From: an uncultured Gemmatimonadaceae bacterium
GTDB taxonomy: Bacteria > Gemmatimonadota > Gemmatimonadetes > Longimicrobiales > Gaopeijiaceae
NCBI GenBank assembly: GCA_964652625.1
Contig: CAZZEL010000001.1
Coordinates: 23,813-87,812 of the forward strand
Direction of reading: 5' to 3'
Length of the DNA stretch: 64,000 bases
A program made the position numbers and the translations under genes. The notes beneath the pieces were generated by a model. It did not search any database. It was not told the origin of the DNA and worked only from the letters and a program-made list of their open reading frames with translations. Positions 1 to 8,696 of the stretch are shown here, piece by piece (position 1 is the first letter of the stretch; every line of letters starts with the position of its first letter).

Positions 1-1
1 G

Positions 2-928
2 GAGACCTACCCGGCGGCCCTGGCCTCGGACCGGGAGGTGGCCCTCTTCCTGGCCGGGCCGAAGCTGCCCCAATCCGTGGCGGTGATCTCGTCGGACGGA
101 GGCGAGGCCCGACCCATCACCCCTCTGCCGGACCGTTTTCCCATGGACCGGCACGTGGTCCCGGAAAACGTGACCCTCACCGCCGAGGACGGCCTGGAGT
201 TCTACAACCAGCTCTTCCTTCCCCCGGACCTGGAGCCGGGCGAGGAGCGTCCGGCTCTCATCTTCATCCACGGCGGGTCCCGGCGGCAGATGCTCCTGGG
301 CTACCACTACATGCACTTCTACCACTGGGCCTACGCCATCAACCAGTACTTCGCGAACCAGGGCTACGTGGTCCTCTCCGTGAACTACCGGAGCGGGATC
401 GGCTACGGGAAGGAGTTCCGGGAAGCGGAAGGGATCGGCCGGCGGGGAAACAACGAGTACAAGGACATCCTGGCGGCGGGCCTCTACCTGCAGGAGCGGG
501 AGGACGTGGACCCGGACCGGGTGGGCCTGTGGGGGCTGTCCTACGGCGGGATTCTCACGGCCCAGGGGCTGGCCCGGGACTCCGACGTGTTCGCCGCCGG
601 GGTGGACATCGCCGGGGTGCACTTCTGGGGCGACAAGCTGGATCCCTCCGAGACCTGGTACGCTTCGTCTTCAGCCTCGGAGGTGGACCAGTGGACCTCA
701 CCGGTGCTCCTCATCCACGGGGACGACGACCGGAACGTCTCCTTCTCCCAGACCGTGGGCCTGGTCCAGGCCCTGAGGGCGAACGACGTGTATTACGAGC
801 TCATCGTCTTCCCGGACGAGGTCCACGACTTCCTGGTCTTCGACCGGTGGCTCACCACCTGGGACGCCACCGAGGACTTCCTCCGGCGCTTCATCTGGGA
901 CGGCCAGGAGCCGCCGAGTCCCAGGTAG
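2..928 (+). CDS. S9-family (prolyl oligopeptidase / dipeptidyl peptidase type) serine peptidase, C-terminal catalytic half; 5' end lies outside the window
   Basis: The frame of ORF 38..928 stays open back to the window edge. Ser-Asp-His order with nucleophile elbow GLSYGG, HGDDDRNV and DEVHDF, typical of the S9 alpha/beta-hydrolase domain. Confidence 0.8.
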   Translation, partial: ETYPAALASDREVALFLAGPKLPQSVAVISSDGGEARPITPLPDRFPMDRHVVPENVTLTAEDGLEFYNQLFLPPDLEPGEERPALIFIHGGSRRQMLLGYHYMHFYHWAYAINQYFANQGYVVLSVNYRSGIGYGKEFREAEGIGRRGNNEYKDILAAGLYLQEREDVDPDRVGLWGLSYGGILTAQGLARDSDVFAAGVDIAGVHFWGDKLDPSETWYASSSASEVDQWTSPVLLIHGDDDRNVSFSQTVGLVQALRANDVYYELIVFPDEVHDFLVFDRWLTTWDATEDFLRRFIWDGQEPPSPR

Positions 929-955
929 CCGGTCCCGGAGCCGGGGCCGCGGCCG

Positions 956-2008
956 TCACCCCTCGGCCGTGGCCCCTCCACAGCTGGAACCCTGGCCCGC
1001 TGTGCAGCCGAAGCAGTGGGGCCCCAGAACGATCTCCCGGTTCTTCAGCAGGTCGTTCCGGAAGTCCATGATGGTCCGGGGAGCCTCCTCCGTCACCGGC
1101 AACTCCAGCATCTGGTTGAAGTCGCAGTCGTAGAGGGTGCCGTCCCATCCCACGGACAGGGTGTAGCGGCACATGACCGACTCGGCGGCCTGGGGGTTGA
1201 AGGCGTTTACCAGCCGCTCCATGTAGCGCTCCAGGTTGCCGCTCTCCTGCAGGAACTCCAGGAACCGGCTGATGGGCATGTTCGTGATGGTGTGCAGGTT
1301 GTTGAAGACGATGTCGTGACGCCGCTTCAACTGCCGCTTCCAGTCCCGCTCCAGGGCATCCTGGCGAGCCGGCAGGAAGGCCCCCACGGGGTTCGTGACC
1401 AGGTTCAGCACCAGCCCCGTGCCCTCCCGGCCGTAGCCCAGCTCGTTCAGTCGCCGGAGGGCCCAGACGGACTTGTCGAAGACGTCTTCCCCCCGCTGGG
1501 CGTTGGTCTGCCGCTCCGAGTAATGGGGTAGGGAGGCCACGATCTCCACCCGGTTCTCCGCCAGGAACTCCGGGAGATCCTCGTATCGTGGCACGGTGAG
1601 TATCGTGAGGTTGCAGCGATCCATGACGTGCCGATCCAGGGCCCGGGCCCGGGTCACCATCTCCCGGAAGCGGGGGTGGAGCTCCGGGGCGCCACCGGTG
1701 ATGTCCAGGGTGGGGATGTCCGTCCGCTCCAGCGTGTCCAGGACGGCGTCCACCACCGGATCCGACATGACCTCTTTGCGATCCGGGCCCGCGTCCACGT
1801 GGCAGTGCTTGCAGGTCTGGTTGCACTTCTTCCCCACGTTGATCTGGAGGACCGTGACCCCCACGGCCCGGAAGGGCATGAGCCCCGTCTCGTCCAGGGC
1901 CTGGGGAAAGCCCCGGTCCAGGGACAGCCCATCCAGGACCCTGCGCTGCTCGGCACCGGAGGCCAGGGCCGATCCCCGCCTCTGGAGGGTGGGAAGCGCC
2001 TTTCCCAT
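956..2008 (-). CDS. arsS: Arsenosugar-biosynthesis type radical SAM protein (radical SAM / Cys-rich C-terminal domain family)
   Basis: C-terminal 350 aa of ORF 956..2788, with ATG at 2008 (MGKALPT...). Radical SAM cluster motif CNQTCKHC. Cys-rich tail HCFGCTAGQGSSCGG is characteristic of this family. The upstream part of the long ORF is R/G/P-rich shadow sequence. Confidence 0.8.
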   Translation of the reverse strand: MGKALPTLQRRGSALASGAEQRRVLDGLSLDRGFPQALDETGLMPFRAVGVTVLQINVGKKCNQTCKHCHVDAGPDRKEVMSDPVVDAVLDTLERTDIPTLDITGGAPELHPRFREMVTRARALDRHVMDRCNLTILTVPRYEDLPEFLAENRVEIVASLPHYSERQTNAQRGEDVFDKSVWALRRLNELGYGREGTGLVLNLVTNPVGAFLPARQDALERDWKRQLKRRHDIVFNNLHTITNMPISRFLEFLQESGNLERYMERLVNAFNPQAAESVMCRYTLSVGWDGTLYDCDFNQMLELPVTEEAPRTIMDFRNDLLKNREIVLGPHCFGCTAGQGSSCGGATAEG

Positions 2009-2343
2009 CACATCCCCAGCTTCTCGACGTGGTTCTTCATCTGGACCCCGTGGACCAGGGAGGCCCCACCCCGGATGGCCACAGCCACGTGAACCGCCTC
2101 CATCATCTGGTCCGGGTCCGCCCCTTTCTCCAGGGAGGCCTCCGAGTAGGCGTCGATGCAGTAGGGGCACTGGACCGCATGGGCCACGGCCAGGGCGATG
2201 AGGGCCTTCTCCCGCTCCGTGAGGGCCCCTTCCTGGAAGACGGTGTTGTACCAGTCGAAGAACTTGTCCCCCAGCTCCGGGGCGAACTCCCCCACCTCGG
2301 CGAACCGGGGCAGATCCCCGGCGTCGTAGTAGTGCTCTGACAT
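2008..2343 (-). CDS. AhpD / carboxymuconolactone-decarboxylase-fold peroxidase-like protein of the kind found next to arsS
   Basis: ATG at 2343 (MSEHYYDAGDL...). CxxC in AHAVQCPYCIDAY. The stop TGA shares its A with the arsS ATG (TGATG, 1-nt overlap), indicating translational coupling. Confidence 0.75.
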   Translation of the reverse strand: MSEHYYDAGDLPRFAEVGEFAPELGDKFFDWYNTVFQEGALTEREKALIALAVAHAVQCPYCIDAYSEASLEKGADPDQMMEAVHVAVAIRGGASLVHGVQMKNHVEKLGM

Positions 2344-2497
2344 GGATTCCTCGTGGGTTGCCGGGTCCCGGGCCTCCCGGCCCGTGGGATTCGTCGGCCT
2401 GCGCGTGTGTGAACCAGCCCCTACTACCCCGATCTCGCCCATGGATCCGGGGAGCCGACCCTCTCAAGCTTCTGCCCCTTCTGCCGATCCTGGGAGC

Positions 2498-2893
2498 ATG
2501 GCTACCGTGCTGGTCGTAGACGATGACGAGGACACTCGCTTTCTCCTGGGTTTCGTCCTGGAGAGGGCCGGACACAGGGTGATCTACGCCCCTGACGGGG
2601 AGGCGGCGCTGAAGGTGTGGGCTGACAGCCACCTGGACGTCGTCATCACGGACCTGGCCATGCCCCGGCGGAACGGACTGCGCCTCATCAAGGAGATCCA
2701 CGCCCGGGCCCCCTACCTCCCGGTCATCGCCATGTCCGGGGTCAGCGCTGATCAACTGGACATGGCCCAGGACCTGGGCGCCCATCACATCCTCTACAAG
2801 CCCCTGGACCCGGGGAAGGTCCTCTGGACCCTGGAGGAAGCCCTGAAGAACGATGCTCCGGCACCCTGGGCCGGAGGAATGGTCTGGGACTGA
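2498..2893 (+). CDS. Stand-alone response-regulator receiver (CheY-like) protein
   Basis: ATG at 2498 (MATVLVVDDDED...). Acidic pocket DDD, phospho-acceptor context VVITDLAMP, VIAMSG and YKP lysine. No output domain. Confidence 0.8.
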   Translation: MATVLVVDDDEDTRFLLGFVLERAGHRVIYAPDGEAALKVWADSHLDVVITDLAMPRRNGLRLIKEIHARAPYLPVIAMSGVSADQLDMAQDLGAHHILYKPLDPGKVLWTLEEALKNDAPAPWAGGMVWD

Positions 2894-2908
2894 GAACAGC
2901 CCCTGGCC

Positions 2909-4516
2909 TCAGGGCTTCGGCCCCGCCCCGGCGACCTCGTCGGAGACTCGCCCCTGGAAGTGCTGGAAGTTGTCGGTGAACATGCCCGCCAGCTTCGCCG
3001 CTTGCGCGTCGTAGGCGTCCTTGTCCTCCCAGGTGTTCCGTGGCTGGAGGATCTCCGACGGCACGTGGGGACAGCTCTCCGGCACCTGCACACCGAAGAC
3101 CGGATCCTCCACCGTGGGGACGTCGGCCAGGCTTCCGTCCAGGATGGCCCGGACCATGGCCCGGGTATGCTTCAGCTCCATCCGGTGCCCCACGCCGAAG
3201 GGCCCGCCGCTCCAGCCGGTGTTCACGAGCCAAACCTGGGCGTCGTGCTTTCGGGTCTTCTCTCCCAGCAGGTCCGCGTACGTCACGGGGTCCAGGGGGA
3301 GGAAGGGAGCGCCGAAGCAGGCGCTGAAGTTGGGCTGGGGCTCCGTGATGCCCCGCTCCGTGCCGGCGACCTTCGCCGTGTAGCCCGAAAGGAAGTGGTA
3401 CATGGCCTGGGCCGAGGAGAGCTTGGACACCGGGGGCAGAACTCCGAAGGCGTCGGCGGTCAGGAAGAGCACGTTCCTGGGGTGCCCGCCCCGGAGCTGC
3501 CGGGTGGCGTTGGGGATGTGGGGAATGGGATAGGAGGCCCGGGTGTTTTCCGTGAAGGCGTCGGAGTCCAGGTCCAGGCGCCGCCGCTGGCTGTCCATGG
3601 CCACGTTCTCCAGGATCGTCCCGAAGCGGCGGGTGGTCTGGTAGATCTCCGGCTCCCCCTCCGGGGAGAGACGGATGACCTTCGCGTAGCAGCCACCCTC
3701 GAAGTTGAACACCCCGTTGTCGCTCCACCCGTGCTCGTCGTCCCCGATGAGGGTCCGGGTGGAATCGGCGGAGAGGGTGGTCTTTCCCGTCCCGGAAAGC
3801 CCGAAGAAGAGGGCCACGTCGTCCTCCGACTCCCCGTAGTTGGCGGAGCAGTGCATGGGCAGTACCCCCTTCCGGGGAAGGAGGTAGTTCATGATGGAGA
3901 ACATGGACTTCTTGATTTCCCCGGCGTACGCCGTACCTCCGATGAGGACCTCCTTCTTGCCCAGGTGCAGGATGACGAAGGCCTCGGAGTTCGTCCCGTC
4001 CTCCTCCGGGACCGCCAGGAAGCCCGGTGCGTGGATGATGGTGTACTCGGGGTCGTGGGCGGCCAGCTTCTCCGGATCGTGCTCCTGAATGAACATGTTC
4101 CGGGCGAAGAGGTTGTGCCACGCCGTCTCGTTGATCACCCGAATGGCCATCTTGTGATCCGGATCCGCCCCGGTGTAGCAGTCCTGGACGAAAAGGTCCC
4201 TTCCCTGCAGGTAGGCGGTGAGGCGGGCCCTGAGCACCTCGTAACGCTCCGGCTGGAAGGGCACGTTCACCCGACCCCAGTGCACGGTGTCCTCCGTGGA
4301 CGGTTCCTTGACGATGAATCGGTCCTTGGGAGATCGCCCGGTGTACTGGCCGGTCCGGGTCACCAGGGGACCCAGGTGGGCCACGAGCCCCTCGTGCCGC
4401 TGGACGGCCTGCTCATAGAGGGCCGGGGTGGAGAGATTCCACCACACGGTGTTCGCGTTCCTGATTCCGTGGGCCGCCAGGCCGTGCTGGCTCTGAGCCC
4501 TACCCTGTTCCTGCAT
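2909..4516 (-). CDS. pckA: Phosphoenolpyruvate carboxykinase (ATP)
   Basis: 535-aa ORF with kinase-1a P-loop GLSGTGKTTLS and full-length resemblance to ATP-dependent PckA (YTGRSPKDRFIV, IGGTAYAGEIKKS). AGGAGG lies 7 nt upstream of the ATG at 4516. Confidence 0.95.
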   Translation of the reverse strand: MQEQGRAQSQHGLAAHGIRNANTVWWNLSTPALYEQAVQRHEGLVAHLGPLVTRTGQYTGRSPKDRFIVKEPSTEDTVHWGRVNVPFQPERYEVLRARLTAYLQGRDLFVQDCYTGADPDHKMAIRVINETAWHNLFARNMFIQEHDPEKLAAHDPEYTIIHAPGFLAVPEEDGTNSEAFVILHLGKKEVLIGGTAYAGEIKKSMFSIMNYLLPRKGVLPMHCSANYGESEDDVALFFGLSGTGKTTLSADSTRTLIGDDEHGWSDNGVFNFEGGCYAKVIRLSPEGEPEIYQTTRRFGTILENVAMDSQRRRLDLDSDAFTENTRASYPIPHIPNATRQLRGGHPRNVLFLTADAFGVLPPVSKLSSAQAMYHFLSGYTAKVAGTERGITEPQPNFSACFGAPFLPLDPVTYADLLGEKTRKHDAQVWLVNTGWSGGPFGVGHRMELKHTRAMVRAILDGSLADVPTVEDPVFGVQVPESCPHVPSEILQPRNTWEDKDAYDAQAAKLAGMFTDNFQHFQGRVSDEVAGAGPKP

Positions 4517-4774
4517 GGGCGATCCTCCTGGATTGAACGAATGGGCGGCAGGGGAAAGGGGATGCTGTCGCCGGGACCGTACACCGGCTCGGGCGAATGG
4601 TTACGGCCCGGGTCCCGGGCGATGCAGGGGGCCATGGTCCAGGAAACCATGCGACGGATGTTCATGGGCCCCTGCGTGATGGCGAGTCGGAGAGAAGTCT
4701 GGTAGCATTCCAGCCATCTCGAACGTCCCGGTCCCGGCACGGAGGTCGGGTCCGTCATCCGGAGGAGACGCGAC

Positions 4775-6067
4775 ATGGAGGAGTGGAGAAGCTGGCTCCA
4801 GACCTACCCCGCTGTGGAAACCGTCGTCTGGCTCGTGGGGATCTTCGCGGTGGCCTGGCTGTCCGACGCCCTGGCCAAGCGCTACCTCCTGGGGGCCATC
4901 TCCCGGGTGGTCCGGCGAACCGAGTTCACCTGGGACGACGCCCTGCAGAGGCGGCTGGTCTTCCGACGCCTCGCCCACCTGGCTCCGGCCATCGTCCTCT
5001 ACTACGGGATTCCCCTGGCCCCGGGCCTTCCGGAAGAGCTGGTCCAGGTCCTCCAGCGGGGAGCCATGGCCGTCATGGTCCTGGTTCTGGCATTGGCGGC
5101 GGACGCCTTCCTGTCGGCGGTGAACGACATCTACGCCACCCGGCCCCACGCCAACACCCGGCCCATCAAGGGCTACCTCCAGATCGTCAAGATCGTCCTC
5201 TACATCGCCGCCGGGATCGTGGTGCTGTCCCTGCTGGTGGATCGCTCTCCCGTCGTCTTCCTCAGCGGGTTCGGGGCTCTGACGGCCATCATCCTCCTGG
5301 TGTTCCGGGACACGATCCTCTCCCTGGTGGCCAGCATCACCCTCACCCAGAACGACATGCTGGCGGTGGGGGACTGGATCGAGATGCCCAAGTACGGGGC
5401 CGACGGAGACGTGGTGGACATCGCGCTGCACACGGTGAAGGTGCAGAACTGGGACAAGACCATCACCACCATCCCCACCCACCAGCTCATCTCCGATTCC
5501 TTCAAGAATTGGCGGGGAATGAAACAGGCCGGGGGCCGGCGCATCAGCCGGTCCTTTCGGCTGGACCTGAACTCCATCCGGTTCCTCACCGACGACGAGA
5601 TCCGCCGGTTCCGTCGCTACGAGCTCCTGGAGGACTACTTTCGGCAGAAGCTGGAGGAGATCGAGGCCTTCAACGCCCGGAAGCGACGGGAAGGGGAAGG
5701 GTCGGAGCCATCCGAGGCGACCCGGGCCGAGCCTGGGAAGAGAGACCTCCCGGTGATCCCGAACCTCCGCCGCCTGACGAACGTGGGCACCCTCCGGGCC
5801 TATATCGTGAGCTACCTGAGGCAGCATCCCGGATTGCGGCGGGACATGACCCTCATGGTCCGGCAGCTGGAGCCGGGTTCCGACGGCCTTCCCATGCAAA
5901 TCTACGTCTTCAGCAACGACACGAACTGGGTGAGCTACGAGGGGATCCAGGCCGACGTCTTCGACCACATCTTCGCCATCATCCCCGAGTTCGGTCTCAG
6001 GGTGTTCCAGACTCCCTCGGGTCGGGATCTGGCCCGCCTCACATCCGGAACCGGTAGCTCATCTTGA
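4775..6067 (+). CDS. Mechanosensitive ion channel (MscS) family protein
   Basis: Multi-TM N-terminal half followed by the conserved MscS beta-domain (GDWIEMPKYGADGDVVDIALHTVKVQNWDKTITTIPTHQL). GGAGGAG precedes the ATG at 4775. Confidence 0.85.
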   Translation: MEEWRSWLQTYPAVETVVWLVGIFAVAWLSDALAKRYLLGAISRVVRRTEFTWDDALQRRLVFRRLAHLAPAIVLYYGIPLAPGLPEELVQVLQRGAMAVMVLVLALAADAFLSAVNDIYATRPHANTRPIKGYLQIVKIVLYIAAGIVVLSLLVDRSPVVFLSGFGALTAIILLVFRDTILSLVASITLTQNDMLAVGDWIEMPKYGADGDVVDIALHTVKVQNWDKTITTIPTHQLISDSFKNWRGMKQAGGRRISRSFRLDLNSIRFLTDDEIRRFRRYELLEDYFRQKLEEIEAFNARKRREGEGSEPSEATRAEPGKRDLPVIPNLRRLTNVGTLRAYIVSYLRQHPGLRRDMTLMVRQLEPGSDGLPMQIYVFSNDTNWVSYEGIQADVFDHIFAIIPEFGLRVFQTPSGRDLARLTSGTGSSS

Positions 6068-8507
6068 GGAAGAGGCCGTCGGCCCGGGTCCTCACCTCCC
6101 CCAGCCCGAAGGCCGTGGGACTCTCCATCTGCCGGGAGTAGCCCAGGTAGACCACCGTGCCCGGGGAGGGCTCGTAGCCCACCAGGCCCTCCAGGCGTAG
6201 ATCGTGGGAGGAGGAGCCGTCGGAGGACCGGCAATCCTCGTCGCAGGAGAGGACGGGAGTCCCCGAAACGGGGTCCAGGATGCCCCCCCGCCTCTGGCTG
6301 GAGTACTCACCGATTCCCCGGACGAAGAGGGCGCGGCTGAACTGGTACCGGGCCTCCAGGCGGGGAATGGTGGCGGAGGAGTACCGGGAGCCGTCCCGCT
6401 TTCGGAGAAGGGTCACGTGGCGAAGGCCCACCTCCCCGGTGAAGGAGGAGGTGAAGTAGAGGGTCAGATCCACGTCTCCGCTGAGCCTGTCCGCCACGTC
6501 GGCGGGAACCCCGCCTCCGGCCCCATGGAAGATGGGCGTTTCTCTCAGGGAGGCCCCCAGGGAAATGCGGGCCCGCTCCCACCGGCTGATCCAGGAGCGA
6601 AGCCGGAGAGACCACAGGCCCTGGAACAGCCGGGCCTGGGGACGGAAGGGGGTGGGCTCGGGGGAGTCCAGGAAGAGACTCTCGTAGTCTGCGGCAGGGA
6701 AGGTGTAGGAGTCCCGGGACAGGCTGAGGTACCCTCCCGCGTTGCCCCGGAAGGAGGCGCTGAAGCTCAGGCTGAGCTCCGTCTCCCGGGGAGCCTTCCC
6801 GTCCCAGAAATCAGGCCGCTCCCAGTAGCCCTCCAGACTCAGGGAGGGCCCCCAGCGCTCCACCAGAGCCCCGGCCTCTCCTCGCCATGTGTAGCCCACC
6901 CGCCCGTCCACCTGGGTGGTTCCCACACGGCGGATGAAACCGCTCCGGGCCCGGAAGCCCCGGCTAACGTCCTCGAAGGAGGCCCGGAGGGACAGACTTC
7001 GGCTGGCCCGGCTCAGGCTGGCCAGGAAGAGGGAGCCCCAGCGGGTATCCTCCTCCGGCCGGCCGTCGGCGCTGGCGGCGGCCATGACGTCCAGGGTGTA
7101 GCGCCGGGCCAGGACGATCCGGGCATCGGAACCCAGGACCCGGTTGAAGGACTCCCCGGAGGCGGTCCGGTCCGTGTAGACCATCCCCACGGTGGAGCTT
7201 CCCCCCACGTCCCCCTTCACCCTGAGGAGGTTCACCGCCGGATCTCCGGCGGCGGAACCGCTCCGGTCCAAAGCTCCGATGTAGGCCACACTCACACCCC
7301 TCACCTTGCCGGAGACCTTCGCCGCTCCCACCGGGTTGGCGATGGACCGGGTGTAGACCAGGTTCCTGGGCATGGAGAAGATGTCCGTCCCCTCCAGGAA
7401 GAAGGGCCTCTTCTCCGGGAAGTAGAGGGCGAACCGTTCGTTCACGGTGATCTGCCCGGCGTCCGCCTCCACCTGGCTGAAATCCGGGTTGTAGGTGGCG
7501 TCAAGGGTAAGGTTCGAGGTGAGGCCGTAGGTGAGGTTCATCCCCACGTCCCCGGTGGGGGAGCTCCGGGAGAACCGGCCCGTCTCGGGATCCAGACCTC
7601 CCTGCCTCCGGGCCGTGACCACGGGATTCACGTCCAACAAGCGGCCCGGCTCCAGTCCCTCCAGACCCTGGAGGCGGCCCGACTGAGCCAGGGTGCTGGC
7701 TCGCTCTCCCGTGAGGGGGGCCCAGGAGGCCTCGAAGCCGTTCCGTTGGATCCGCCGCATGACCTGGAGTCCCCAGTCCTGCAACGGAGCGTCCGGGAAC
7801 CGGAGGCTGTTGAGGGGAACCTTCATCTCTACGGAGTATCCCCGGGGACCCACCCGGCCGGCGGACTCCCACAGGAAATCGGGGTTCCAGTCGATCTCCC
7901 GGCGGGAACCCTCCACCCAGACACCATCCCCCTGGACGCCCAGGGGGTTCACCTGGAACACGTAGGCCCGGCGGTTGTCGTTGAAGGTGTCCAGGAGGAC
8001 CCGGACGTAGTCGTCGGAGCGACCGAAGCCGTCCCTCTGGGCCAGGGTCGCACGGACCCCGTCGGGATCCCCGTCGAGAGCCTGGATCCCGAAGAGGATG
8101 GCTTCGGAGGTCACCAGGACCCGGACCCGGGTCTCCTGGGTGGCGGCAATCCCCTCCGTGGGATCGTACTGGGTGAAGCCCGACAACACGGCCCCCGCCT
8201 CCCACGCCTCCTCGTCCAGACGGCCGTCCAGGCGGATGGAGGGCTCCTCCAGGCGGGGCTGAGGGACCACCAGCTCCCGGAGGGAACCGTCGTAAACGGA
8301 AGCCTCGGCGGCACGGGACACCGGGGCCGTGGAGGCCTCCGTGGCCCCCGGCAGGGACAGGGGAGAAGAGGCGGAAGCGACCACCTCCCCTTGGATGGAC
8401 GCCACAGTGTCGGCACCTGTCGTGTCCGGATGCGCCTCCGCGTGGACGCCGGAGACGCCGGCTAGCTGCAGCCCCGCCCCCAGGAGAAGAAGCCCGTTGA
8501 AACCCAT
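6039..8507 (-). CDS. CBM9-like / DUF5916 domain outer-membrane protein (copy 1)
   Basis: Signal peptide. N-terminal CBM9-like region (DGRLDEEAWEAG...FTQYDP...DDYVRVLLDTFNDNRRAYVFQVNPLGVQGDG) followed by about 550 aa of alternating beta-strand-like sequence. Paralog of 38144..40396. Confidence 0.75.
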   Translation of the reverse strand: MGFNGLLLLGAGLQLAGVSGVHAEAHPDTTGADTVASIQGEVVASASSPLSLPGATEASTAPVSRAAEASVYDGSLRELVVPQPRLEEPSIRLDGRLDEEAWEAGAVLSGFTQYDPTEGIAATQETRVRVLVTSEAILFGIQALDGDPDGVRATLAQRDGFGRSDDYVRVLLDTFNDNRRAYVFQVNPLGVQGDGVWVEGSRREIDWNPDFLWESAGRVGPRGYSVEMKVPLNSLRFPDAPLQDWGLQVMRRIQRNGFEASWAPLTGERASTLAQSGRLQGLEGLEPGRLLDVNPVVTARRQGGLDPETGRFSRSSPTGDVGMNLTYGLTSNLTLDATYNPDFSQVEADAGQITVNERFALYFPEKRPFFLEGTDIFSMPRNLVYTRSIANPVGAAKVSGKVRGVSVAYIGALDRSGSAAGDPAVNLLRVKGDVGGSSTVGMVYTDRTASGESFNRVLGSDARIVLARRYTLDVMAAASADGRPEEDTRWGSLFLASLSRASRSLSLRASFEDVSRGFRARSGFIRRVGTTQVDGRVGYTWRGEAGALVERWGPSLSLEGYWERPDFWDGKAPRETELSLSFSASFRGNAGGYLSLSRDSYTFPAADYESLFLDSPEPTPFRPQARLFQGLWSLRLRSWISRWERARISLGASLRETPIFHGAGGGVPADVADRLSGDVDLTLYFTSSFTGEVGLRHVTLLRKRDGSRYSSATIPRLEARYQFSRALFVRGIGEYSSQRRGGILDPVSGTPVLSCDEDCRSSDGSSSHDLRLEGLVGYEPSPGTVVYLGYSRQMESPTAFGLGEVRTRADGLFLKMSYRFRM

Positions 8508-8509
8508 AG

Positions 8510-8580
8510 ATGACCCGAAGTGTGTATAATCTTTGTCTAACTATTGGTGAACAAATGTACAACAAACGAAAAGAAGCACA
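8510..8580. promoter_or_regulatory. AT-rich divergent promoter region between the DUF5916 and DUF1846 genes
   Basis: This is the only strongly AT-rich stretch in the left 24 kb. TATAAT at 8525..8530 on the plus strand. On the minus strand an ATTATA lies about 20 nt before the 8507 start. No clear -35, so the direction is unassigned. Confidence 0.3.
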
Positions 8581-8696
8581 AGGCTTCTTCCTCTTCTCGT
8601 TCCAGCCCCCTCCCTGGACACGACTCCCCCTGGCGGGACAGGTTACCGGACCATCCGAACCATCCGGACCAGGAGTCTCTTGGGGTGCCAAAGCCC

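Noticed and set aside
2009-2788. Upstream 260 codons of track ORF 956..2788, and similar shadow ORFs over pckA (2742..4121, 2960..4705)
   Set aside because: This part overlaps the AhpD-like gene and the receiver gene, and its sequence is low-complexity R/G/P-rich. The ArsS homology begins at the internal ATG at 2008.
6039-6067. Convergent 3'-end overlaps (MscS/DUF5916 29 nt; also 15968-15981, 32659-32667, 42433-42438, 55936-55947)
   Set aside because: These are common in compact high-GC genomes. Each partner gene is independently well supported, and nothing suggests antisense regulation beyond the overlap itself.
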